Origin: Aquificaceae bacterium
Lineage (GTDB): Bacteria > Aquificota > Aquificia > Aquificales > Aquificaceae
Reading direction: 5' to 3'
DNA length: 64,000 nucleotides
NCBI GenBank assembly: GCA_037925075.1
Contig: JAXSNR010000001.1
Location: 214,085 to 278,084, forward strand
Positions 10,155-19,207 of this stretch are shown piece by piece. Position numbers and translations under genes: made by a program. Position 1 is the first letter of the stretch; each line of letters starts with the position of its first letter. The notes beneath the pieces are model-generated. The model had not been told where the DNA came from. It did no database searches and worked only from the letters and a program-made list of their open reading frames with translations.

Positions 10155-13100
10155 TTAAAGCCTTCTCAAAAGGGTGAGTAGGGTTTCCACCTTTTCCTTT
10201 TCCTTTTGGAGGTCCTCAAGTGCCTCTTTGGCTCTGATAACCTCTTCCTCCGGTGCCCTCTTTAAGAAATTTTCGTTGCTAAGCTTTTGCTGAAAGCTTT
10301 GAATGGACTTTTCTATCTCTGAAAGCCTCTTGGTGTAAGAGTTTATGAGCTCTTCTACCCTTATGCCTTCCTCGGCAGGCAGGTAAAACTCAAAATCTCT
10401 GGAAAAGCCCGCAATGCAGTTTGGCGGTTCCTCATGCACCTCCTCAAGGCTTTCCAACCTTGCAAGACTGAGGATATGGAGCATAAACTCTTGCACCAAG
10501 CTTTTGCTTTCACCCGCTTTGTAGTAGAGCCTTATCTTCTTTGAAGGTTCAATCCTGAGGTCGCTTCTTAAGGACCTAATGGAGGATACAATCTCCTTTA
10601 GTCTTTCTATCTTTTCCTCCGCCTCTGGGTAGATTTCCGCGGGATTAAACTGGGGATAATCGGTCAGGGATATGCTTTCCTTGTGGGCTGTAGGAAGCTG
10701 CTGCCAAAGTTCTTCCGTTATAAAGGGCATGAAGGGATGTAGAAGTCTGAGGGTCCTTTCAAAGACGCTAAGCAGAGTAGCCTGAACGGTTATTTTCTCC
10801 CTCCTTATGGCCTCTTCTTGTACCTTTTTTTCCTCCTCCGAAAGGCCTTCATCCACCTTTGCATAAAGCCTTAGCTTGGAAAACTCTATATACCAGTCGC
10901 AAAACTCACTCCAGATGAACTCATAAAGCTCCCTTGCAGACTCAGAAAACTCGTACTCTGATAGGGCTTTTTCCACCCTTTGAGCGGTCTTGTTTAGTTT
11001 TGTGATTATCCAAAGGTCCTCCGGTCTGAGAGGTTCACCATAGGGTAGGTTTGAAAGGAGGTCTGGCTGTAAGTTCATCAGTATAAACCTGCCTGCATTC
11101 CAGAGCTTATTGGCAAAGTGTTTGTACCCCTCAAAACGTTTTTCCGAAAGCCTTATGTCTCTTCCCTGTTGGGTAAGTATGGCCAGAGTAAAACGTAGGG
11201 CATCCGCACCGTACCTTTCCACAATATCAAGGGGGTCTATCACGTTTCCCTTTGTCTTGGACATCTTCTGACCCTTTTCGTCTCTTATAAGAGCATGGAT
11301 GTACACATCCCTGAAGGGAATGTTTTCCGTAAAGTAAGTGCCCATAAAGACCATACGGGCAACCCAGAAGAAGATAATGTCAAAGCCTGTCACCAGAAGG
11401 TTTGTGGGATACAGAGCTTTGAGGTCCTGAGATTCCTCTGGCCAGCCAAAAACGCCAAAGGGCCAGAGGGCTGAGGAAAACCACGTATCAAGCACATCCG
11501 TCTCCTGCCTGAGCCTTTCAGACCCGCACCTTTTACAACGCAGGATAAACCTGTAGGTCTTTTTCTTGCTGTCGTACCTGTATCTGTTTTTTCTTTCTGT
11601 CAGTATGGCCATGGGGTTTAGGTCTTGGGTGAAGAAGAGCCTTAGAGAATGGGCATCCACATGGGTAGAGTGGTATTTATGAAAGGCAAACCTTTTATAA
11701 AAGTCAAGCACGGTAAGCTCTGGGTGCACAAAGGAAGGAGAGTTTAGTATGTTGGCTACCTCTTCTGGCGTAAACTCCTCTTCTATCTTACCATCCGCTA
11801 TAAGGTTAAAAATCAACTTGTCATAAACTCTGTCAAAATCTTCATCGGTAAACACGTTCTCGTGTCCGCAGTCTTCACAGTACCAAACGGGTATTCTATG
11901 CCCCCACCATATCTGACGGGATATGCACCAGTCTTTGAGGTTTTCCATCCACTGAAGGTATACCCTTGTCCAGTTTTCGGGAATAAACCTAATAAGACCC
12001 TCTTTGACCACACTTATTGCCCTTTCTTTTATGCGCGGGTCCGATACCTTTAAAAACCACTGGGTGGAAACTATGGGTTCAAGGACCGTTTTACAGCGAT
12101 AGCACTTACCAACCGCATGCCTGTGGTTTTCCACCCTTTCAAGAAGTCCAAGCTCTTGAAGCTCCTCTATTATCTTTTTTCTTGCGGTGTACCTGTCAAG
12201 CCCTGCAAACTTGCCTGCGTTTGTATTCATCTTTGAAAACTGGTCCATCACCTGCACAAAGGCAAGTCCATGGGACTTTCCTATTTCAAAGTCAAGTGGG
12301 TCATGGGCGGGGGTTATCTTGACCGCTCCTGTTCCAAACTCGGGCTTTACCCTCTCGTCCGCCACGATGGGGATTAGGTTTTCCACCTCTGAGCCATCCA
12401 TGGCAAGCCTTTTCCACTCCACAAGGGGAAGCCTTAGCCTTTTGCCCACAAAAGCCTTGTACCTTTCGTCTTCTGGATGCACTGCCACCGCGGTGTCCCC
12501 AAGCATGGTCTCCGGTCTTGTGGTGGCAACGGTTATATAACCCGAGCCATCCTCAAGGGGGTAGCGTATGTAGTAGAGCTTTCCCTCTTCCTCCTCGTGT
12601 TCCACCTCAAGGTCAGAAAGGGCGGTAAGGTCTTTGGGACACCAGCTTACCATGTACTCTCCGCGATAGATAAGCCCTTCTTCGTAAAGCCTTCTAAAGG
12701 CATGCCTGACAGCCCTTGAAAAGCCCTCATCAAGGGTAAACCTCTCCCTTTTCCAATCCACGCTTACACCGAGCTTTTCCAACTGCTCTCTTATGGAGTT
12801 TCTTGAAATGGGCACCCACTCCCACACCTTCCTTAAAAACTTTTCCCTACCTAGTTCCAGCCTGTTTATACCCTTTTCTTGTAGCTGTCTGTCCACCACA
12901 TACTGGGTTGCGATGCCCGCATGGTCAAAGCCTGGCACCCAAACCACGTGCTTGCCCAACATCCTCTGCCATCTGCAAACTATATCTTGCAAAGTTGCGT
13001 TTAGGGCGTGTCCCATGTGCAAGGAACCTGTCACATTAGGAGGTGGTATGACCACAGAAAACCTGTTTTCTGGTGATGGATCTTCAACAGAATAAAGAGC

Positions 13101-13169
13101 CCTTTCTATCCATCTTTTTGAGTGTTTTTCTTCAACCTGCTTATGATTGTACTGGCCTATGTCCTTCAT
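10155..13169 (-). CDS. valS: Valine--tRNA ligase
   Basis: PPPNVTGSLHMGH, DWCISRQIWWGH, KMSKT, C-terminal coiled coil; carries an extra ~90 aa insertion. Confidence 0.97.
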   Translation of the reverse strand: MKDIGQYNHKQVEEKHSKRWIERALYSVEDPSPENRFSVVIPPPNVTGSLHMGHALNATLQDIVCRWQRMLGKHVVWVPGFDHAGIATQYVVDRQLQEKGINRLELGREKFLRKVWEWVPISRNSIREQLEKLGVSVDWKRERFTLDEGFSRAVRHAFRRLYEEGLIYRGEYMVSWCPKDLTALSDLEVEHEEEEGKLYYIRYPLEDGSGYITVATTRPETMLGDTAVAVHPEDERYKAFVGKRLRLPLVEWKRLAMDGSEVENLIPIVADERVKPEFGTGAVKITPAHDPLDFEIGKSHGLAFVQVMDQFSKMNTNAGKFAGLDRYTARKKIIEELQELGLLERVENHRHAVGKCYRCKTVLEPIVSTQWFLKVSDPRIKERAISVVKEGLIRFIPENWTRVYLQWMENLKDWCISRQIWWGHRIPVWYCEDCGHENVFTDEDFDRVYDKLIFNLIADGKIEEEFTPEEVANILNSPSFVHPELTVLDFYKRFAFHKYHSTHVDAHSLRLFFTQDLNPMAILTERKNRYRYDSKKKTYRFILRCKRCGSERLRQETDVLDTWFSSALWPFGVFGWPEESQDLKALYPTNLLVTGFDIIFFWVARMVFMGTYFTENIPFRDVYIHALIRDEKGQKMSKTKGNVIDPLDIVERYGADALRFTLAILTQQGRDIRLSEKRFEGYKHFANKLWNAGRFILMNLQPDLLSNLPYGEPLRPEDLWIITKLNKTAQRVEKALSEYEFSESARELYEFIWSEFCDWYIEFSKLRLYAKVDEGLSEEEKKVQEEAIRREKITVQATLLSVFERTLRLLHPFMPFITEELWQQLPTAHKESISLTDYPQFNPAEIYPEAEEKIERLKEIVSSIRSLRSDLRIEPSKKIRLYYKAGESKSLVQEFMLHILSLARLESLEEVHEEPPNCIAGFSRDFEFYLPAEEGIRVEELINSYTKRLSEIEKSIQSFQQKLSNENFLKRAPEEEVIRAKEALEDLQKEKEKVETLLTLLRRL

Positions 13170-13199
13170 AAAGAAAGGATTATAGCATGATACGACCCT

Positions 13200-13625
13200 T
13201 CATGGACTTTGCAAGCCCGGATAGCTCTTTAAAAGCCTGCCCTTTTCATCAAAGATGTAGGTGGAGGGTAGGAAGGTTATGGGGAAATGGTCGTTGAACT
13301 TCACCTCCGTATCCACAAGGGTGAGAAATCTCGGCTCTATGTTGAGCTCCTTGTAGCCTTTTATCACATCCTCAGGCTCCATGGCGACCGCATAGGAGAT
13401 GATAAGGTAGCCCTTCTTTTCTTCTTGTATCCTGTTTAACTCTTTGAGGTGCTCACTGTGTCCCGCACAGGTCCTGCTCCAAATGTAGATAAGGGTCCTT
13501 TTGCCTTTGTAGTCCGAAAGGTAGACTGCTTTCCCGTCAAGGGTTTTGACCTGTATTCTGGGCAAGGTCTCATGAAAGCATGAAAATATAAAAAGAAGTA
13601 GTAAAAGGACAAGGTTTTTATACAC
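13200..13625 (-). CDS. TlpA/ResA-like thioredoxin-fold lipoprotein with atypical CxxH site
   Basis: DGKAVYLSDYKGK, WSRTCAGH, LPSTYIFDEKG. Likely GTG start at 13625 overlapping the thrC stop; lipobox-like FIFSC. Confidence 0.75.
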   Translation of the reverse strand: MYKNLVLLLLLFIFSCFHETLPRIQVKTLDGKAVYLSDYKGKRTLIYIWSRTCAGHSEHLKELNRIQEEKKGYLIISYAVAMEPEDVIKGYKELNIEPRFLTLVDTEVKFNDHFPITFLPSTYIFDEKGRLLKSYPGLQSP

Positions 13626-14847
13626 GGGCGAGTATCTTCTCCTTAAAGTCCGCAAGACTTGGTTTTATGTGTACGGTCTCCTTCAGATGGTTGTCAAGGA
13701 CTTCCATTGTCTTGTAGCCATTGCCCGTTATGTAAGCTACTACCACTTCATCCTTTTTAAAGGCTCCTTTCTGAGCCAGTTTTTTGAGTACCGCGATGGT
13801 TGTTCCGCCTGCGGTCTCCGTGAAGATACCTTCCGTTTCCGCAAGAAGCTTTATACCCTCTATGATCTCCTCATCGGTGGCAGTTTCCCAATCTCCTCCG
13901 CTTTCTTTGGTAACCTGAAGGGCATATATGCCGTCCGCTGGGTTTCCTATGGCTATGGACTTGGCTATGGTGTTGGGCTTGACTGGCTTTATAAAGTCTC
14001 TTCTCTCTTTCCACGCCTGAGCTATGGGTGAGCAACCCTCCGCCTGCGCACCGTAAACCCTGGTTTTCATGCTGTCTATGAGACCAACCCTTAGAAGCTC
14101 CTTTAGTCCTTTCCATATCTTGGTGATTAGTGAGCCAGAGGCTGCGGGAGCTATAACCGCATCGGGAGCCTTCCATCCGAGCTGTTCCACCACCTCAAAG
14201 GCAAGGGTCTTTGAGCCTTCCGCATAGAAGGGCCTTATGTTTATGTTTACAAAAGCCCACTGTAGCTCGTTGGCTATCTCAGAACAAAGCCTGTTTACAT
14301 CGTCGTAAGTGCCCTCTACCGCCACCACCGTGGGAGAAAAGACCAGACTTCCGTATATCTTCTGGGATTCAAGGTTTGCGGGTATAAAAACAAAGCAGTT
14401 TAGACCCGCCTGAGCTGAGTGGCTTGCCACAGAGTTGGCAAGGTTTCCCGTTGAGGCACACGCGGCCGTGTCAAAGCCAAACTCTATGGCTTTTGATATG
14501 GCAACGGAGACCACCCTGTCCTTAAAGGAAAGGGTGGGGTGGTTTACAGAGTCATCCTTTATGTAGAGGTTTTCAAGCCCGAGCATTTTCCCAAGATTTT
14601 CAGCCCTTTTAAGGGGTGTAAAGCCCGCGCTAAGACCTACCCTTGGCTCCTCCACGGGCAAAAGGTCAATGTATCTCCATAAGCTCTTTGGGCCTTCCTG
14701 TATCTTTTCCCTGCTAACCCTACTTTTTATATCATCGTAGTCATAGACTACCTCAAGGGGTCCAAAGCAGAACTCACATACATGCATCGGTTCTATGCTG
14801 TACTCTCTTCCACATTCTCTACACTTTAGCCCAAGCACCTTTGCCAT
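13618..14847 (-). CDS. thrC: Threonine synthase
   Basis: N-terminal CxxC...CxxC, HPTLSFKDR PLP lysine, ASTGNLA, ITGNGYK. Confidence 0.88.
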   Translation of the reverse strand: MAKVLGLKCRECGREYSIEPMHVCEFCFGPLEVVYDYDDIKSRVSREKIQEGPKSLWRYIDLLPVEEPRVGLSAGFTPLKRAENLGKMLGLENLYIKDDSVNHPTLSFKDRVVSVAISKAIEFGFDTAACASTGNLANSVASHSAQAGLNCFVFIPANLESQKIYGSLVFSPTVVAVEGTYDDVNRLCSEIANELQWAFVNINIRPFYAEGSKTLAFEVVEQLGWKAPDAVIAPAASGSLITKIWKGLKELLRVGLIDSMKTRVYGAQAEGCSPIAQAWKERRDFIKPVKPNTIAKSIAIGNPADGIYALQVTKESGGDWETATDEEIIEGIKLLAETEGIFTETAGGTTIAVLKKLAQKGAFKKDEVVVAYITGNGYKTMEVLDNHLKETVHIKPSLADFKEKILARV

Positions 14848-14900
14848 CTTGCCACCTCCAGAGGAATTCAGAAGTAAGATAATATAATATAAGCTCTGCT

Positions 14901-15668
14901 ATGGCAAAGAAAGTTTTTATAGAAAAGGCAAAGAGGTTCCTGAGAAAGGTTCTACAAGAGCCCGAGTTAAGAGAATATGTGGTAAGGGAGCTTTCCATTC
15001 ACTTTGCGGACAGAGAGAAGACGGAGGACAAACTGGAAAAGCTTTACAGAGAGGTGGTAAGGATAGGTGAGGAGCTTGTGAGGCTTAGGGAAGAGCAGGA
15101 AATAAGGTGGCAGGACCAAAGCAAGCTCTGGCAGGAACAGAACAAAAGATGGGAAGAGCAAAACAGAAGATGGGAAGAACAAAACAAAAGATGGGAAGAG
15201 CAACAGAGAATAAACAGAGAGCTTATGGAGGAAATAAAAAAGCTTCATAGGAAGTACGATACAGGCATAGGTGCATTGGGTGCAAGATGGGGGCTAAGGG
15301 CGGAGAGTTCCTTTAGAGAGGCCATAAAGGGCATACTTGAAGAAGACTTTCCAGTAAGGGTAGAAAGGTACTTAGCTTATGACCAAGAGGGGGAGGTTTT
15401 TGGAAGACCAGATCAAGTGGAGCTTGACCTCATAGTAAGGGACGGGAAAACCCTTATTGCGGAGATCAAGTCTTCCATAAGTAAATCTGACATGTTTGTG
15501 TTAAAAAGAAAGGTGGATTTTTACAAAAAAAGGGAAGGCAAGGAGGTGGACAGAGTGCTGGTCATATCTCCCATGGTGGACTCAAAGGCTATGGAGCTTG
15601 CCAAGGAGTACGGTTTTGAGGTTTACTCTTACCCAGAAGATGTGGAGGGTCTAAATGAAGAACAGTGA
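14901..15668 (+). CDS. Coiled-coil + PD-(D/E)XK nuclease-like protein (DUF3782-like, archaeal-type)
   Basis: Heptad WEEQNKR repeats, GARWG, VELDLIV...IAEIKSS nuclease motif. Confidence 0.7.
   Translation: MAKKVFIEKAKRFLRKVLQEPELREYVVRELSIHFADREKTEDKLEKLYREVVRIGEELVRLREEQEIRWQDQSKLWQEQNKRWEEQNRRWEEQNKRWEEQQRINRELMEEIKKLHRKYDTGIGALGARWGLRAESSFREAIKGILEEDFPVRVERYLAYDQEGEVFGRPDQVELDLIVRDGKTLIAEIKSSISKSDMFVLKRKVDFYKKREGKEVDRVLVISPMVDSKAMELAKEYGFEVYSYPEDVEGLNEEQ
15108..15212 (+). repeat. Five in-frame 21-bp degenerate tandem repeats
   Basis: tggcaggaccaaagcaagctc / tggcaggaacagaacaaaaga / tgggaagagcaaaacagaaga / tgggaagaacaaaacaaaaga / tgggaagagcaacagagaata. Confidence 0.9.
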
Positions 15669-16929
15669 GCTTTTTGAGAGGGCAAAGGGGCTTATGCCGG
15701 GAGGGGTTAGCTCTCCAGTGAGGGCTTTCAAAGCGGTAGGTGGAGAGCCCATAATAGTCTCAAGGGCTCAAGGTTCAAGACTTTGGGATGTGGAAGGTAA
15801 AGAGTACATTGACTTCCTCATGTCTTGGGGACCTCTTATACTTGGACATGCCCATCCCAAGGTGGTGGAGGCGGTATGCGATCAGGCAAAAAGGGGCCTC
15901 TCTTACGGTCTTACCAACGAGCATGAGATAACCCTTGCAGAGCTTGTGGTGTCCGCCATACCCTCGGTGGAAATGGTGAGGTTTGTCTCCTCTGGCACAG
16001 AGGCTACCATGTCCGCCATAAGGCTGGCACGGGGCTACACGGGAAGAAGGTACGTGGTGAAGTTTGACGGATGCTATCATGGGCATGGGGACAGTCTTTT
16101 GGTGAGTGCTGGTTCTGGCGTTGCCACCTTGGGAATACCCGGCACTCCGGGAGTTCCAGAGGAGATAGCAAGCCTTACTCTTGTTATCCCATACAATAAT
16201 GTGGAAGCCCTTGAAGAGGTCTTTAGAAAATACGGAGAGGATATAGCCTGCGTTATAGTGGAGCCTGTGGCGGGTAATATGGGGGTGGTCCCGCCAAGGC
16301 CAGGCTTCTTGGAAGGCATAAGGAGGATAACAAGAGAGTACGGTGCACTGGTCATATGCGACGAGGTCATAACAAACTTTAGGCTTTCAAAGGGTGGTGC
16401 GCAGGAGCTTTTTGGGAGAGACCCAGACATCACCTGCATGGGGAAGATACTGGGCGGTGGTATGCCCTTGGGTGCCTATGGAGGAAGAAGAGAGATCATG
16501 CAAAGGGTGGCACCAGAGGGACCTGTATATCAAGCGGGTACCTTGTCAGGCAATCCCCTTTCCATGGTGGCGGGCATAGCAACTCTAAGGGAGCTCTTTA
16601 GTCTAAACCCTTACCACGAGCTTGAAAGACTTACAAAAAGGCTCACTTCTGGCATTTCAGAGATACTCCAGAGGAAGGGCATACCTCACAGGATAAACCA
16701 GATAGCTTCCATGTTTACTGTCTTTTTCACAGAGGAGGAGGTGTATGACTACGAAACCGCAAAAAGGTCAGACAGAAAACTCTTTGGAAAGTTCTTTAGG
16801 GCTCTGTTGGAACAGGGTATTCTTATTCCACCCGCCCAGTTTGAAGCATGGTTTCTTAGCACCGCACACACGGAAGAGGATATAGACTTAGCCCTTGAGA
16901 AAATAGAAAGGGCGGTCGCATCACTTTAA
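15655..16929 (+). CDS. hemL: Glutamate-1-semialdehyde 2,1-aminomutase
   Basis: MPGGVSSPVRAF, FDGCYHGH, DEVIT, GKILGGGMP, AGTLSGNP. Confidence 0.96.
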   Translation: MKNSELFERAKGLMPGGVSSPVRAFKAVGGEPIIVSRAQGSRLWDVEGKEYIDFLMSWGPLILGHAHPKVVEAVCDQAKRGLSYGLTNEHEITLAELVVSAIPSVEMVRFVSSGTEATMSAIRLARGYTGRRYVVKFDGCYHGHGDSLLVSAGSGVATLGIPGTPGVPEEIASLTLVIPYNNVEALEEVFRKYGEDIACVIVEPVAGNMGVVPPRPGFLEGIRRITREYGALVICDEVITNFRLSKGGAQELFGRDPDITCMGKILGGGMPLGAYGGRREIMQRVAPEGPVYQAGTLSGNPLSMVAGIATLRELFSLNPYHELERLTKRLTSGISEILQRKGIPHRINQIASMFTVFFTEEEVYDYETAKRSDRKLFGKFFRALLEQGILIPPAQFEAWFLSTAHTEEDIDLALEKIERAVASL

Positions 16930-18573
16930 AAGCTCTGAGTACACATAGTAGTTATAAAGCACCTTTTTGACATATTCTCTGGTTTCTCTAAGGGGTATGG
17001 TCTCTATAAAAAGATACTGGTCTTCGTGTTGAATCCAATTGCTTACTCTTGCAGGTCCGGCGTTGTAGCTGGCAAGGGCTTTTACCAAATCACCCTTCCA
17101 CTCATCTATCAAGTACCTCAAGTAGGCAGTGCCAAGCATGATGTTAGTTTCTGGGTCGTATATGTTTCTTAGCCTTATGCCCTCTCTTTTTGCCATGTAC
17201 TGAGCGGTGCTATCTATTAACTGCATGAGCCCTCTGGCCCTTGCCACAGACACCGCATAGGGGTCAAAGAAGCTCTCCTGTCTCATCACCGCATATATGA
17301 GAGCGGCCTCTACCGAGTATCTTTCAGAAGCCCTTTCCACGTTGTTTCTGTATGGTTTGGGAAAGGCTACCGCGTTGTACACAAAACTCCCATAGCCGTA
17401 CTTTCTCACCGCCAACCTTACCGCACTGCTTGGATCAAAGCGGGATATAGCTATGATATCAGAGGAGCTTATTTCCCTAAGCCTTTTAAAAGCCTCCCAC
17501 CTCGCATACTCGGGGAAGCCTGCCTCCCATATGGCTTTGACTATTCTGGCAGTTCTCGGAAGGCTCTCATCTTCCATCACAACCCTCATAGCCCTACTTG
17601 CCACAGGGAGACCGAGCATTGAACTGGATACCGCCTGATAAAACCCAGATCCGCCGGAGGCCCTTATGAGATACTCTCCCGCCTCTTCCCTTCCCAGAAG
17701 CAGTGCGCTCTTGTATGCCCAGAAGTTGCCAGCGGAGGCTTCTTCCTTGTTCTGAGCTCCTTTTGCAGAGGATAAGAAGTACTCAAAGGCTTTTGCATAA
17801 TCACCGATGGCGTAGTAGGAAAGCCCAAGATTGAAATCCCTTCTGTGTGAGGGTTCCATACGCGTTAGGTAATTTATAGCTTCTTGGAAGTTTCCCCTGT
17901 AAAGGTTTAGTCTTCCAAGTCTAAAAAGGGCATCAGAAATTAGGTCCTTGCTTTTAATGGAGGACAAGGTCTCTTCGGACTTATCCCTCTGTCCCCTTTC
18001 GTACTGCATGATTGCCAACTCAACCCTTGCCCTGTCATCATTACAATCCTGAAATACCTGAAAAGCCCTTTCTGTATCTTTTAGAGATCTCAAAGCGGCG
18101 CCAAGCATATAACAAACTTTCTGAAAATCAAGCCTTTGAAGAAGTGCCACCACCTCCCTGTAGTGCCTCCTTCTAAAAAGCTCCTCCCCCGCAAGAAGAG
18201 CCTCCTCAGGACTCAGCTGTATGTTAGCTATAAACTCCCTAAATAGCACTGGATGTCTCAAAAAACCCACCTTTGGGTCTAACTCCAAGTCCTTCCATAG
18301 CTTGACATAGTCTTCCCTTAGGTCTTCTCTGAGATTTTTAGGATTTATGTCCATCAAAAGCCGGCTGGCAGACTGCCTTCTTCCCATCTTAAGCTCGTCC
18401 TGTGCCAGAAGAAGCTTTAGGTCATCTTTAAAAACCGCATCTGGATACTCTTCCAGTATCCTATAACCGATCGATGGCTCCCTTTTTTCCATGTAGTTTA
18501 TAAGAAGCCTGTATTCGGTTGGTAGCTGTGCGTAAACAAGAAGGGGAAAAATTAAAAAAAGTAGCAAGACCAT
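16921..18573 (-). CDS. Soluble lytic transglycosylase (Slt-like) with TPR region
   Basis: Signal peptide from ATG 18573, TPR helices, MRQES, GLMQL, ASYNAG, ETREYVKKV. Confidence 0.88.
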   Translation of the reverse strand: MVLLLFLIFPLLVYAQLPTEYRLLINYMEKREPSIGYRILEEYPDAVFKDDLKLLLAQDELKMGRRQSASRLLMDINPKNLREDLREDYVKLWKDLELDPKVGFLRHPVLFREFIANIQLSPEEALLAGEELFRRRHYREVVALLQRLDFQKVCYMLGAALRSLKDTERAFQVFQDCNDDRARVELAIMQYERGQRDKSEETLSSIKSKDLISDALFRLGRLNLYRGNFQEAINYLTRMEPSHRRDFNLGLSYYAIGDYAKAFEYFLSSAKGAQNKEEASAGNFWAYKSALLLGREEAGEYLIRASGGSGFYQAVSSSMLGLPVASRAMRVVMEDESLPRTARIVKAIWEAGFPEYARWEAFKRLREISSSDIIAISRFDPSSAVRLAVRKYGYGSFVYNAVAFPKPYRNNVERASERYSVEAALIYAVMRQESFFDPYAVSVARARGLMQLIDSTAQYMAKREGIRLRNIYDPETNIMLGTAYLRYLIDEWKGDLVKALASYNAGPARVSNWIQHEDQYLFIETIPLRETREYVKKVLYNYYVYSELLK

Positions 18574-18575
18574 AT

Positions 18576-18983
18576 CTATCTTATGTAGGTAATTATGAGC
18601 AGGATGAGGACACCCAAGAAGAGGTTCACCCAAATGAGATTGGGTATATGCGAAAGCCTATTTTTTCTGAAAAGGAAAAAGTAGATGTATGCAAACACCA
18701 AGGTCATGAGGGCAAACAGAAAAAGTTTTGTGTGAAAGAGGGAATTCTCGGAAAAGTCCTTCCTGTAGCCATGCCACAGACCTATCCCTGTTATAAACAA
18801 AACAGCTATGGAAAGCCAAACCGCGGGGAAGAACCTTGAAAACACCGAGCGAAGAAGCCTTTGTCTTTGCTCCTCGTTGGAAAGCTCTTTGAGGGATGGC
18901 CTTAAAAAAAGCAGGCTGTACACCATCCCACCTATCCAAAGGATGGCAAAGAAGATATGAAGAAAGGTCAAGCTCTTAATCAT
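18576..18983 (-). CDS. CopD/DUF4149-like four-TM membrane protein
   Basis: LHIFFAILWIGGM motif and four hydrophobic segments. Confidence 0.6.
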   Translation of the reverse strand: MIKSLTFLHIFFAILWIGGMVYSLLFLRPSLKELSNEEQRQRLLRSVFSRFFPAVWLSIAVLFITGIGLWHGYRKDFSENSLFHTKLFLFALMTLVFAYIYFFLFRKNRLSHIPNLIWVNLFLGVLILLIITYIR

Positions 18984-19207
18984 TTTTCAGAGCCCTTCCT
19001 TAGCCTCACCACCTGAACCTTGCCTTGGGCTATGTCTTCTATGGCTTGGAAGGTCTTCTTTATAAGCTCACCCCTTGTCCTATCCCTCACAAAGATGTCC
19101 TCACCCCTTTCCAATAGCTGGCTTACCCTCTTTGCCGCGGCATGCACAAGCTCATACCTAGAAGACACCTTTTTGAGTCCCTCTTCTATGCTTGGTCTCT
19201 TACTCAT
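18980..19207 (-). CDS. rpoZ: RNA polymerase omega subunit
   Basis: RPSIEE...SRYELVHAAAKRVSQL...AIEDIAQGKV. Confidence 0.9.
   Translation of the reverse strand: MSKRPSIEEGLKKVSSRYELVHAAAKRVSQLLERGEDIFVRDRTRGELIKKTFQAIEDIAQGKVQVVRLRKGSEK

Noticed and set aside
11538-11864. ValRS insert as an intein or intron
   Set aside because: No terminal His-Asn, no splicing or LAGLIDADG motifs, and the frame is uninterrupted.
15108-15212. 21-bp repeats as a CRISPR array
   Set aside because: Contiguous, degenerate, in-frame coding repeats with no spacers and no cas genes.
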